Assembly (NCBI GenBank): GCA_002269645.1
Contig: NIVC01000107.1
Span: forward strand, 62,001 to 126,000
Length of the DNA: 64,000 nt
Direction of reading: 5' to 3'
Source: Macrostomum lignano
Lineage: Eukaryota
Shown here: positions 1 to 21,595 of the stretch, piece after piece
Layout: every line of letters starts with the position of its first letter
Numbering within the stretch: the stretch's first letter is position 1
Translations under genes and position numbers: made by a program
The notes under the pieces: generated by a model
Databases searched by the model: none
What the model was told of the DNA's origin: nothing
The model's input: the letters and a program-made list of their open reading frames with translations, nothing else

Positions 1-94
1 TGGATTAGGATTAGGTTAAAGACATGCACACTATCTCTTTAGTGTGTCTATCTCATGCCCCGCCGCGCTTGAAAATCAGTCGCCGAACTCTCAC

Positions 95-10423
<10,329 letters not shown>

Positions 10424-11759
10424 CTGCTGATTGGTGCAATTTTAATTTTGTAGACTTTTGTTGACATTATGATTGTTTTAATAAATATTTTTGGCAGCTG
10501 ATTCAAATTAAGTTTAAAGAAAGTTACTGGGTTACGCATTGATTTTTATGCTTTCAATTACGAAAAAAGATAGAAGAGAGTGCGAGAGGTGCATGAAGCC
10601 AGAGTTGATTAAAATTGCACAGCTAGCACAGCTTCCACTTAGTCATTCGGATTTGGTTGCTTACTCTAGTGGCAGATTAGGATCTACAATGAATGCCATA
10701 AGCAGCTGCAGATGGAATTGATGCACTGCACTTTACTCTCGACCCTGGAGAAATTGAGGGGGGGGGTCACCGGGCAAGCGCGCGCGCTTTAAGGAGAAAT
10801 GACGTCAGTGCGCTCCCAGCCTATCCGCGGTCCCAAGAATAGGCACTGCAAACGGCTTGAGAGAATAATGCATGCGTCATACTGGTTTGACAGGGGGCTG
10901 GAGGCCCAGCACGCCCTCCCCCAGCCCTCTCCACCCCTTATCTCTGCGGTTTCAGCGGCTCTTCACTCTCGCACAGCACAGCAGCACTATATCAACCCCT
11001 GCACTCTGTCTGGCCTCTCCTTTGCTTTGAATTTGGGAATATACAGTTTTACAACTGCTGCTCTTCCCCAGCCTGAGCTAAAATCCCAGTCACTACTGGG
11101 CCGAGAGGGGGGGCGTTCCGCTGTTTGGTTTTATGCGGGAGACGAGACGGGGGAGGTTAGAGCGGAAGCGGTCGCCCCTTTCTAAGCGTGGAGTGGGCTG
11201 AACTGGCAGCTGAATATTTGGGACAAAGACCCGCGCGCCCCGAACATGCTGTACACTCACTCCGGCTCCAGTCTTCATCAAGTCAGTAGGTATTAGTTAT
11301 ATAAAGCGCATAAATCGCATTGGATTCGCAGCGGCAGCAGCACGCATGGGGAGGTGGGGCAGTGTGTGGCTCTGACTGTTTAACAAAAAATCACCCCCTT
11401 CCCCTCCAGCCAAGGCCCTGCAGGCTCACAAAGTCCCCGATCCCTTAAGCTGTGCCCGCCAACTCCCATGCGAATTGAATTGAAGGAGCAGCAGACAGAG
11501 ATGCGTCATTACCTAAGTTTTTTTACAATGCCCGGCCAAACCAAAACAGTGGCTGGCTTGTGGCCGAAGGAGTCTTTCGTACCACGGAGTTAAATCATTA
11601 TTAGGGAGTTGCCACCGGCCCTCTAGAAGCATTGGTGCATTAGATAGTCACAAATGGCATAGTTGATAGAAATGACAAATAATCTTTTCAGAGGATATGT
11701 AAAAACTTAAGTTTTCATACCTGGTCGTCTTACTCGTGGCGCCCACCCTGGAAGATTTA

Positions 11760-12765
11760 GGCGCTCACCAAGAGACAGGGGGCGCTCACCAAGAGACAGG
11801 GGGCGCTCACCAAGAGACAGGGGGCGCTCACCAAGAGACAGAAGGCGCTCACCAAGAGACAGGAGGCGCTCACCAAGAGACAGGGGGCGCTCACCAAGAG
11901 ACAGAAGGCGCTCACCAAGAGACAGAAGGCGCTCACCAAGAGACAGGGGGCGCTCACCAAGAGACAGAAGGCGCTCACGAAGAGACAGGGGGCGCTCACC
12001 AAGAGACAGGGGGCGCTCACCAAGAGACAGGGGGCGCTCAACAAGAGACAGGGGCGCTCACCAAGAGACAGGGGCGCTTACGAAGAGACAGGGGGCGCTC
12101 ACCAAGAGACAGGGGCGCTTACGAAGAGACAGGGGGCGCTCACCAAGAGACAGGGGCGCTCACCAAGAGACAGGGGGCGCTCACCAAGAGACAGGGGGCG
12201 CTCAACAAGAGACAGGGGCGCTCACCAAGAGACAGGGGCGCTTACGAAGAGACAGGGGGCGCTCACCAAGAGACAGGGGCGCTTACGAAGAGACAGGGGG
12301 CGCTCACCAAGAGACAGGGGGCGCTCATCAAAAGACAGGGGTGCGCCAACCAAGAGACAGAAGGCGCTCACCAAGAGACAGGGGGCGCTCACCAAGAGAC
12401 AGGGGGCGCTCACCATGAGACAGGGGGCGCTCACCAAGAGACAGAAGGCGCTCACCAAGAGACAGGGGGCGCTCACCAAGAGACAGGGGGCGCTCACCAT
12501 GAGACAGGGGGCGCTCACCAAGAGACAGAAGGCGCTCACCAAGAGACAGGGGGCGCTCACCAAGAGACAGGGGGCGCTCACCATGAGACAGGGGGCGCTC
12601 ACCAAGAGACAGAAGGCGCTCACCAAGAGACAGTGGGCGCTCACCAAGAGACAGAAGGCGCTCACCAAGAGACAGTGGGCGCTCACCAAGAGACAGGGGG
12701 CGCTCACCATGAGACAGGGGGCGCTCACGAAGAGACAGGGGGCGCTCACCATGAGACAGGGCGCG
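11760..12765. repeat. 20-21-bp minisatellite
   Basis: GGGGGCGCTCACCAAGAGACA x about 48. Confidence 0.97.
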
Positions 12766-13589
12766 CCCACCCTGTGAGATTTAGGCGCCAATCAAAATCA
12801 AGACAAAAACCATCAGCGCCTATTAGGTTTGTGGGTGGCCCCCTCCAATAAAAAATCTCTGCGTACGCCACTGATTCAGGAAAGATCAAAGTGGCTAAAG
12901 ACCACGGGGAAAGTGGTCAAGACCTCCCTAATGCTGGTCTTTCTTCAGTCACTTAGTCTACCCCTACAGCCAGAGCCAGCATGAATAACAGTTATCCTAT
13001 ATACTAAAAATGAGTTGTCTGTATGTGGGTAGGTATGCGATAGATTTCAGAAAAATTGGCTCAACCGATTTTCTTCAAACTTGCACCATTCGATCAGAAA
13101 TTTTCCTGGGATGGTACATGCATCCTGGCTAAGAAATTGCTCAATTTTAAAGGGATTAAATATTCGAAAAACATGCTTTTTTGCAAAGGTCAAGCAGCTC
13201 TTTCGACCTGGAATGCATTGTAAGAATGCTAGAGAAAAAAACTGACTGGCTCGATTCCGATTGTGATAAAGATTGCATCACAACAATTTGAAAACAGTGT
13301 CGAAGAAATGCAAACCCGACTTGATTAAAATTGCGTAACCATATTGCTAACTTCAATTGAGACTGATACTGGCTGACTGAGAAATTGATTATGTCATAAC
13401 TTTCTACTCCAATTGACTGGCTGTAAGAATTGAATTATAAGGGCCACAATTCATGTTCTCCAAATGAAAAGAGATAGCCAGATGCGAACAGACTGGAATG
13501 CTAATGTAGTGACCTGGGTTCGAATCTTAGTAGTGCAAAAAGATTTTTTTATTAAAACACATTAAAAACACAAAACTGCTAAACATAAA

Positions 13590-14930
13590 AGAGGCACAAT
13601 GTCAAACATAGAAGAGCCACCATGTTGAACATTAAAGAGCCACCATGTCAAACATTAAAGAGCCACCATGTCAAACACTAAAAAGCCACCATGTCAAACA
13701 TTAAAGAGCCACCATGTCAAACACATACGTGACTACATGTCAAACATATACGTGACTCCATGTCAAACATAAAAGAGCCACCATGTAAAACATATACTTA
13801 TGACTCTTTGTCGAACATAAAGAGCCACCATGTAAAGCATTTACGTGACTCCATGCCAAATATATACGTGACTCCATGTCAAACACATACGTGACTCCAT
13901 GTCAAACATTAAAGAGCCACCATGTCATATAGTAAGGAGCAACCATGTCAAACATTAAAGAGCCACCAAGTAAAAAATTAAGAGCCACTATGTCAAACAT
14001 TAAAGAGCCACCAAGTAAAAAATTAAGAGCCACTATGTCAAACATTAAAGAGCCACCATGTCAAAAATTAAAGAGCCACCATATCGAACACTAAAGAGCC
14101 ACCATGTCAAACATATATGTGACTCCATGTCAAATATATACGTGACTCCATGTCACACATAAAAGAGCCACCATGTAAAACATATACATATGACTCCATA
14201 ACAAACATTAAACAGCCACCATGTCGAACATTAAAGAGCCATCATGTCAAACATAAAAGAGCCACCATGTCAAACATTAAAGAGCCACTATGTCAAACAT
14301 TAAAGAGCCACTATGTCAAACATTAAAGAGCCACTATGTCAAACATTAAAGAGCCACCATGTCAAACATATACGTGACTCCATGCCAAATATATACATGA
14401 CTCCATGTCTAACACATACGTGACTCCATGTCAAACATTAAAGAGCCACCCTGTCGAACGTTAAAGAGCCACCATGTCAAACATTAAAGAGCCACAATGT
14501 AGAACATTAAAAAGCCACAATGTAGAACATTTAAGAGCCATGATGTCAAACATTAAAAAGCCATCACGTCAAACAATAAAGAGCCACAATGTAGAACATT
14601 AAAGAGCCACCATGTCGAACATTAAAGAGCCACAATATGTAGAACATTAAAGAGCCACAATGTAGAGCATTAAAGAGCCACAATGTAGAGCATTAAAGAG
14701 CCACCATGTAGAACATTAAAGAGCCACAATTTCGAACAATAAAGAGCCACCATGTCGAAAATTAAAGAGCCACTTTGTCAAACATAGAAGAGCCACCATG
14801 TCAAACATAGAAGAGCCACCATGTCAGACATTGGAAGCCACCGTATCAAACATAAAAGAGTTACCATGTTGAACAAAAAAGAGCCACAATGTAGAACATA
14901 AAAGAGCCACCCTGTTAAACATAAAATATA
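13590..14930. repeat. About 23-bp degenerate minisatellite
   Basis: ACCATGTCAAACATTAAAGAGCC with a CATGTCAAACATATACGTGACTC variant. Confidence 0.93.
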
Positions 14931-15008
14931 CACAATTTCAAACGTAAAAGTAAGCGAATTTTAAAGGAGCCGCTATAATGCTAAAGAAATTGTCGCACTA
15001 GCTACTTA

Positions 15009-15725
15009 TTGTCTGGTGGATGCTTGCTATTTGGGGATGCTATCTATCTTGGGGATGCTTTCTATCTGGGGGATGCTTGCTATCTGGGGGATACTTGCTA
15101 TCTGGGCGATGCTTGCTATCTGGGGGATGCTTGCTATCTGGGGGATGCTTGCTATCTGGGGGATGCTTGCTATCTGGGGTTGCTTGCTATCGGGGGTCTG
15201 GGGGATGCTTGCTATCTGGGGTTGCTTGCTATTGGGTGGATGCTTGCTATCTGGGGGATGCTTGTTATCTGGGGGATGCTTGCTATCTGGGGATGCTTGC
15301 TATCTGGGGATGCTTGCTCTCTGGGGTTGCTTGCTATCGGGGGTCTGGGGAATGCTGGCTATCTGGGGTTGCTTGCTATCGGGTGGATGCTTGCTATCTG
15401 GGGTTGCTTGCTATCGGGTGGATGCTTGCTATCTGGGGGATGCTTGCTATCTGGGGTCTGGGGGATGCTTGCTATCTGGGGGATGCTTGCTATCTAGGGA
15501 TGCTTGCTATCTGGGGGATGCTTGCTATCTGGGGGATGCTTGCTATCTGGGGGATGCTTGCTATCTGGGAGATGCTTGCTATCTGGGGAATGCTTGCTAT
15601 CTGGGGGATGCTTGCTTTCTGGGGAATGCTTGCTATCTGGGGGATGCTTGCTATCTGGGGGATGCTTGCTATCTGGGGGATGCTTGCTATCTGGGGGATG
15701 CTTGCTATCTGGGGGATGCTTGCTG
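15009..15725. repeat. 18-bp minisatellite
   Basis: TGCTTGCTATCTGGGGGA x about 40. Confidence 0.95.
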
Positions 15726-17085
15726 TCTTGCGATGATTTCTTTTTGCATTGCACTTCATTTGAGTATTTTGTCTGTTTTCTTTGTGAAGGCTTTATTTCG
15801 CTATTTTTTTGTTACTTACTTGTAGAGAACAGAGATTCTATATAGATGTCCCCCAACGGGGGGCGAAGATTGCTAGTATATATACTTAATATATATATAT
15901 ACATATATATTAAAAAGCGGCGCAAAGAAGGCAAGAACGGTGCTTTGTGTCTGTCTGACTGTTGATGGTTGTATATGCAGTTATTACTGGGCGATGAGAT
16001 GTAGAACGGCTTGTGCTGTGGTGACTGTACTATGGCTGCGAGGTGCCCTGCTTACGGGACCCCCCCCTGTCCAGGCACAGGCCCACGTAGTATGTCGTGG
16101 ACTCTTACTTCGAAGTATATGCATACTGTTACTGTAGTAGTGTAAAGTGCGGCGGAACTCGAAATAAATTCTGAAAATCTTTAGATTTCGATGTTTAACT
16201 GGAGTATTGTGGCATTTCAATAGAATATTTACCAGTTAGGAGAGCTATTAGAAGCAGGACGAGTGAACGGAAACCTCTTTGTCTGACCATTGTCGTCTTG
16301 TTGGCAGTAGTCAGCAATTTGTTCAGCCTCCAAGATGCTCGAGTCCGACTTCAATCTGCTGATCCCGTGCGTCCATTCTCCAATGTATTACAGTTTTGGC
16401 ATGGCTAATACAGGTTCTCCAGTTCTCCGACCGACTGACTCCAACTGCGAAGTTAAATCTGCTAACACTGAATGCAATATGACAAATCGCTATATATAAA
16501 TGGCTTGAAATAGCAACGAGCGTGTAAGCTCTCTCATTGGTGCGCGCGTGGCCTTGGGTTCTGAGACATCCAGTTCACCCTTGACTGTACACTCTGGGGC
16601 GGGAGAGGGACAGAGCTTGGGGAAAGATTAGGAGGGCTGAGAGAGAGAGGGGGGACTGGGTTAGGGAGTGTAGCACGATGCCCAGGACAAAGAGCGTTTT
16701 ATAGAACTTATGGGATTAAGGACGAGTATTACTATCAGATTAATTTCTCTGGGACAAAGAATTTTAACTGGTATAGTCTGGTGTAGTCTGCGCTGCATAA
16801 TGCCAAAAGAAGCAATTAGGATGGCACAATTACTCTTTGATGAAACCTCCGAGTGCACATACTTAATGAGAACTCAATTTTTATATCATTATAAGTAATT
16901 ACCATATACCGGTAGCTATTCTCAGCGATATATTTGCTCCAAAAGGGTCCCCATCAATGTTGGCAGCTGACTCAGCTATTAATTTGAAATTGAAAAGAGT
17001 AAATGAAATCGCACGGATATTCGAAACCTTCCTTAGCTCCGACGGTCTGTCAGACAACAAATACTCGATAATATGTTATAATCAG

Positions 17086-17330
17086 ATGGGTCGCCATCAT
17101 AAACCCGAAATATCACAAACCCGAAATATCACAAACCCGAAATATCACAACTCCGGAAATCAAAATAGTGTTGGACATGGCTAGAACTTTCGGAGTTATG
17201 ATATTTCGGGTTTATGATATTTCGGGTTTATGAGGGGTCCTCTTATTATTTTCTGAGTTATGATATTTCAGGTTTATGATAGAAAGCTCTTTTCGGAGTT
17301 TGTAATTTTTCGGGTTTGTGACCCCCCCCC
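17086..17330. mobile_element. Small MITE-like element with inverted subterminal repeats
   Basis: Tandem CA(T/C)AAACCCGAAATAT at 17098-17150 is mirrored by ATATTTCGGGTTTATG at 17200-17232 and beyond. No clear TSD. Confidence 0.5.
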
Positions 17331-17770
17331 CCCGGCACAATTGCCCCAAATGAATGCCGTGGCGCAAGAGTCGGGCGCGTTTACCGCTGAGCTGCTCTGC
17401 CCCTGTACCCGCGGCCACCGCCTTCAATATCAGCGACGAGCTCAGTCAAGAACGTCCAAGCGGACCTGTTGCGCCATCGGCGACTCCAGCTGGCAGGCTA
17501 TTTCATTCGCGCTGGGTGCTGGAGCTTGAAATGAGCATTAGATTTTTTAAATAACTGCTTGCTCAGCTTACTATAAATACATGTATTTCGTATGGCTTAA
17601 ACAATCGAGATAAGCCAGCATCGCTTCCGTTTTTTACGCTTCGGCATTCGATGTATATTTATATCTACATGTATTAAACGCACTGAATCTTGGCTGTTAA
17701 GGCACCATGAGTGCATTTCGAACGACACTTTGCTCTGGTGTCGTCTTGTAAAAGTGAATCAGCTGTATTC

Positions 17771-18874
17771 TCAGTTGAACTCGGTAATCAGACACTCGAA
17801 GCGGTAGTGAGAGTACCAAAGAACGAACGGATAATCCGAACCGGGCCATGTGTAGGCCATGGCAGGACCGCCAGTTTGTCCCTGCTCTGTGGCTTCGAAG
17901 TCAACATAGCGACCGTTCGGGTTGAAACAGAAGCACCTGTTGAACCACCAGCCGGACTGGTAGCCAATTGCGCAGTTTGATTTATTCTGCTTGTCATTGT
18001 CGCTGTCATAGGTTGTGAACTGCTGGTTGTAAGGAGATCCAGTGTGGCCAAGGCCGCACATTCCCAACGTCGAGCGATTCGAATCCAGAGGGCCCAGGTC
18101 CAGTCGGTACAGCTCATCCTGCCCGGCAACAACAAAGTGCTCATTCTCGGCCCAGAATGGCGCCCCAGTCCACAGGTTCAGCTCCCAGCGAACTCGACGA
18201 AGTCCGTCCTTTGAGGCCTGGTGAAGCGCGTCCAGACCCAGCCAGAAGTTGCTCTGCTCTCCCTGACCGAATCCCTCGCTGTATTCAGTCCAGGACTTGT
18301 TGAACAGCACGGAGTCGTCAACGCGATGCTGGAAGGTACGCCAGCAGACTCTCCTGTTGTGTTGCAGCAGCGGCTTCACCTGCAACGGCAGACAGCAACA
18401 GATTTGGCTCAGGTATTCCCGAGTTAGTCGATCAGTTCCCAGAGGGGGAAAAGGCATTGCTGAAAATCACAGCTAACAATCGACCAGCGGGGATGCAAGC
18501 AGTCACGGGGCTCTGTGACAGTTTACTCTATCGATACTCACCCAGATGAGTTGTCCAAAGTTCTCGCTGGCGAATCGACACTTCCTGCATCCGAACGGAC
18601 CCCACTGACATCTATATACGCAACAGACTCTTTCGACGTCGTTAGCAGAGAAAGTGGCCGCGTCAGCTGCCGCGTCGACAGCCGAGGCCAGACACTCGAG
18701 CAGACTCTCGACACGAGTTGAGTTGCTCAACAGTGAGTACTCGTCAAGATTGTCGCGAATTTGATTCCAGCCAGTGATAGAGGCTTCTTGAAGCCCAGCG
18801 CTGCTGCAGCAGAGCGGAAAGCTCAGTTTGAGCAGCAAAAGGAGATTGTAGACTAGCGAAGCTGGTAGATGCAT
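17771..18874 (-). CDS. Secreted fibrinogen-related domain (FReD) protein, 2 exons (18874-18542, 18379-17771), 313 aa
   Basis: Signal peptide MHLPASLVYNLLLLLKLSFPLCCS and a Cys-rich N-domain. Splice TGG|GTGAGT...ttgcag|GTG (phase 0). FBG motifs FQHRVD, W.EYSEGFG, FWLGLDALH, FTTYDSDND, GWWFNRC, NPNGRY. Confidence 0.9.
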
Positions 18875-19899
18875 ATTTGACTGCTGCAATATAGTGGCTG
18901 TGAACCCTGCAGTCGCATTGCAGCTTTTATACGAGCTAATCAGCTTTCGTATTCAAGCATGTCGTGATTGCCATCTCTGTGAGGGTTTTGCATTGTGAGT
19001 GAATTGATTTTTCCTGTCAAGCTAGTCTTTACAGGCTGATATATTTTGTATGATATCGATATGATGATCTGGATTCCCTACTGCATGAAGCTGCACTAGG
19101 AAAGAGTAACCTTGGGCTATTGTTCATAGATTTCTATTAGATTGCTAACGAGCCTTTTTTCAACGTTTAATCTCTGAGGAATCGATTCCATCAGATTTTT
19201 TTGGGAAAAATCCGTTTTTTCAGAATAATTTTTTTGCTTTTGTTTTCAATCGGATTGATTCGTCAAATGGATCCGTGACAATTGCCTGCCGAGATCAAAA
19301 GACCACCGCACTAGAAGTTACCGTTGTATCAGGACGCAACACCCGTAAATATTGCAAAATTATTTGAATGGCGACTTGTTTACGTGTATTTAGCGCTACT
19401 CTTTAACGCGTAAAATTAAAATTAAATTCATTCTATTCGACTGTTTTAAAGAAGCTTGCACTACATTTGAGCTTCAGAAGCTCCAGAACGGTAACTTCTA
19501 GTGGTCCTTGGCCGAGATTTTCTAGCAGGAGATTTGCCCGTCGAGATTTGCCCGTCGAGGTTTGCCCGCAATGCTTTTTTCTTGCAGCGCATTTAGCCAA
19601 TCGCCTGATTCTTGTACAGCATCACGCATGGGCCGGCACCCAGGTTGCAGACGCCCATGGACAGGCCATCTTCAGTGCTGGACAGCACAGCAGCCCCATC
19701 TTGTCAGTGAAGTCAGAGTTCGGCTCGAAAAGCCCTTGCTCAGAGAAAGAGTCCAGTCTCACAAGAACGATAATATATAATGCGGCTGCGTGCTGGCACC
19801 TCGACAGTGCGGGCCACCATCGCGATCACTAGTCGGAACCACTTGACAAGCCTGCTGGGAAGCGTTCTGTAGAATCGGTATCGCCGGCCCCAGCTGGAC

Positions 19900-20555
19900 A
19901 GAAGAATTGCACCCATGCAGGTCCACGCTATAGGCGGACCCCATCTTGCCAATCGCATCCATGCGGAGAACGCACTCGGGCTGAAATGCCTGCAACTTCG
20001 TCACCTGGTGAATGATCGGTGGGAGTCCTTTACAGCTGCATTCTAGTAGATGTCGGCCGTCGATGCCGATTGGAGCGCTGAGTGGCGGCTGAAGCTGCGC
20101 GTTGATGCCGAGGGCCCGTCGTAGCTTTGCAGCCGACACGAGCGTCACCTGCGCTGCGCTCCGGTGTCGAACAGCCACCGACACGATCGCTGGCCGGCGA
20201 TGCTATCGGGGAGGAAGATAGAGAGGCAGGTCGGGCCTTGCTGAGGAGGGCTGGTGACGGCCCACGAGTACCAGTCCTCAGCAGTTTCCCGAGGCCGGAG
20301 TCGGACAGGCCTCAGCGCGGTGCCCTCTGCCCGAGCAGCGGTAGCAAGGGGATCTGGGGCGCTGAGACGTAGAGTGTCGGCCTGGGCTTTGACTAAGCTG
20401 CAGGGCTGTCCCGGAGGGGACACAGCGGGAAGGCGCGGGCGCCCATTCCGCTAGTCCCTGAACGGCCGACGCGTCGCTATGGACGGAGGGTTGGCGCCGC
20501 CCAGGGAGGTCCCCCAGTGTCGCCAGCAGCTATAGTGCTCTCTGGAAAGGAGAGT
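19900..20555 (-). pseudogene. LTR-retrotransposon aspartic protease remnant (frameshifted)
   Basis: Removing one copy of a 5-bp tandem duplication (GCGCA GCGCA) gives WLFDTGAQVTLVS...PIGIDGRHL...CVLRMDAIGKMG, matching the retropepsin D-T-G, flap and hydrophobic-G-x-D motifs. Confidence 0.6.
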
Positions 20556-21593
20556 TCAGCCCTGCGGGTGCTCAGCGGTTTCGTCACCTGAGTTGCAGAA
20601 ACTACAGGTGGCGTTGGTGGCGTTGCCCTGCAGGTACTGGTGCCTGGAGAAGCAGCCGTGACCAGAGAGGGTCATGGTGGCAGCCCGGATGTCGCTGCGC
20701 GAGAGGCGCAAGAGGAGCTTCCGGAGCTGGTGAGAGGGCTGAGGGACAGCGCCTCTGGATTGCCTGCAGTTCGTGCGGTTCGCCCAAGTCGAGCGGTGCT
20801 GAGTCCTGATCCACGCTTTGATGCGCGAGTCGATGACACAGCCAGGAATCGGGACAAGAGGTTCGGGGCCGAGAGAGGAGCCGGAGGCACCAACTTTTGC
20901 AAGGGTATCAGCCAACTCATTTCCTCGGATCCCCACATGCCCCGGAACCCACTTAAGGGTAATTTTGTTGGCGGAACCCAACACGTTGAGGAGTTTGATA
21001 CAGTCGAGGACTGTAGCAGAGTTGGTGCTGCAGCCACTGATGGCGTGCAAGGCAGCTTGGCTGTCCGAATGGAAAATGATGTTCTTACCAGTAACGCCAG
21101 TGGCGAGAAGCTCTGCAGTGCAGGAGCTGATGGCCAGAACTTCATTTTGGAAAACACTGGAGTTGACCCCAGTGTATTGAGCGTGGGTAGCGATGACCCT
21201 CCCGTTCAGAAAGATTCCAACACCAAAGCCGGTGTTGGCTGACTGCTTAGAACCGTCGGTGTAGCAATGAAGCTCACCAGGGTTCCATTGGTCATTGATG
21301 TTATCGCGCGAGTCGATAGCTACGGAGTAGCGCTGTCTCAGGTTGAGCGTTGAGGCAATGCCATCGGTGAAGACGCGATTGGCCTGACACTCGTTGAGAA
21401 AGTTGAGGCACAGATCGCTATGCGGGACAAGGTTCCGCTTAGCAGGTGCTCTCATGTAAATGAATTTGACGCCGGCATCGATTAGACGCCGCGTCGTTCT
21501 AGCCGCCTCACCCCTGATGAAGAGGTCAAGAGGCGGAAGATTAAGGAAGGCCCCCATGCCAGCAAAGGGCGTGGACCTGGTGGCGTTGCAGAT
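20556..21593 (-). mobile_element. Non-LTR retrotransposon fragment (R1/LOA/I-group): RNase H + truncated Zn-finger
   Basis: RNase H motifs YTDGSK, FQNEVLAI, SDSQAAL, WVPGH.G..GNELAD. C-terminal GH..F..H...CSFC...ETAEH is cut off. Confidence 0.92.
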
Positions 21594-21595
21594 GA

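Larger units (their letters stand above)
12995..15876 (+). mobile_element. Putative non-autonomous Helitron containing two minisatellites
   Basis: 5' A|TCCTATATACTAAAAATGAGTTGTCTGTATG...GGCTCAACCGATTTT. 3' GC hairpin CCCCC-AAC-GGGGG (about 15850-15862), then CTAG|T at 15873-15877. Inserted between A and T with no TSD. Confidence 0.55.

Noticed and set aside
10540-11300. Signal-peptide exon and promoter of the Dscam-like gene (CRE palindrome TGACGTCA at 10800-10807)
   Set aside because: No ATG exon with a hydrophobic leader and phase-1 donor was found, and a single 8-mer is not enough to call a promoter.
11736-12851. 371-aa GAHQET-repeat ORF and similar long low-complexity ORFs (15009-15845, 32294-33080, 35101-37216, 45064-46006, 54624-55189, 56410-57250)
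   Set aside because: They are translations of minisatellites or GA/CT tracts, open in several frames and on both strands, with no domain content.
13495-13540. tRNA-like GGGTTCGAATC segment
   Set aside because: B box only, with no complete cloverleaf. At most a SINE or tRNA remnant inside the putative Helitron.
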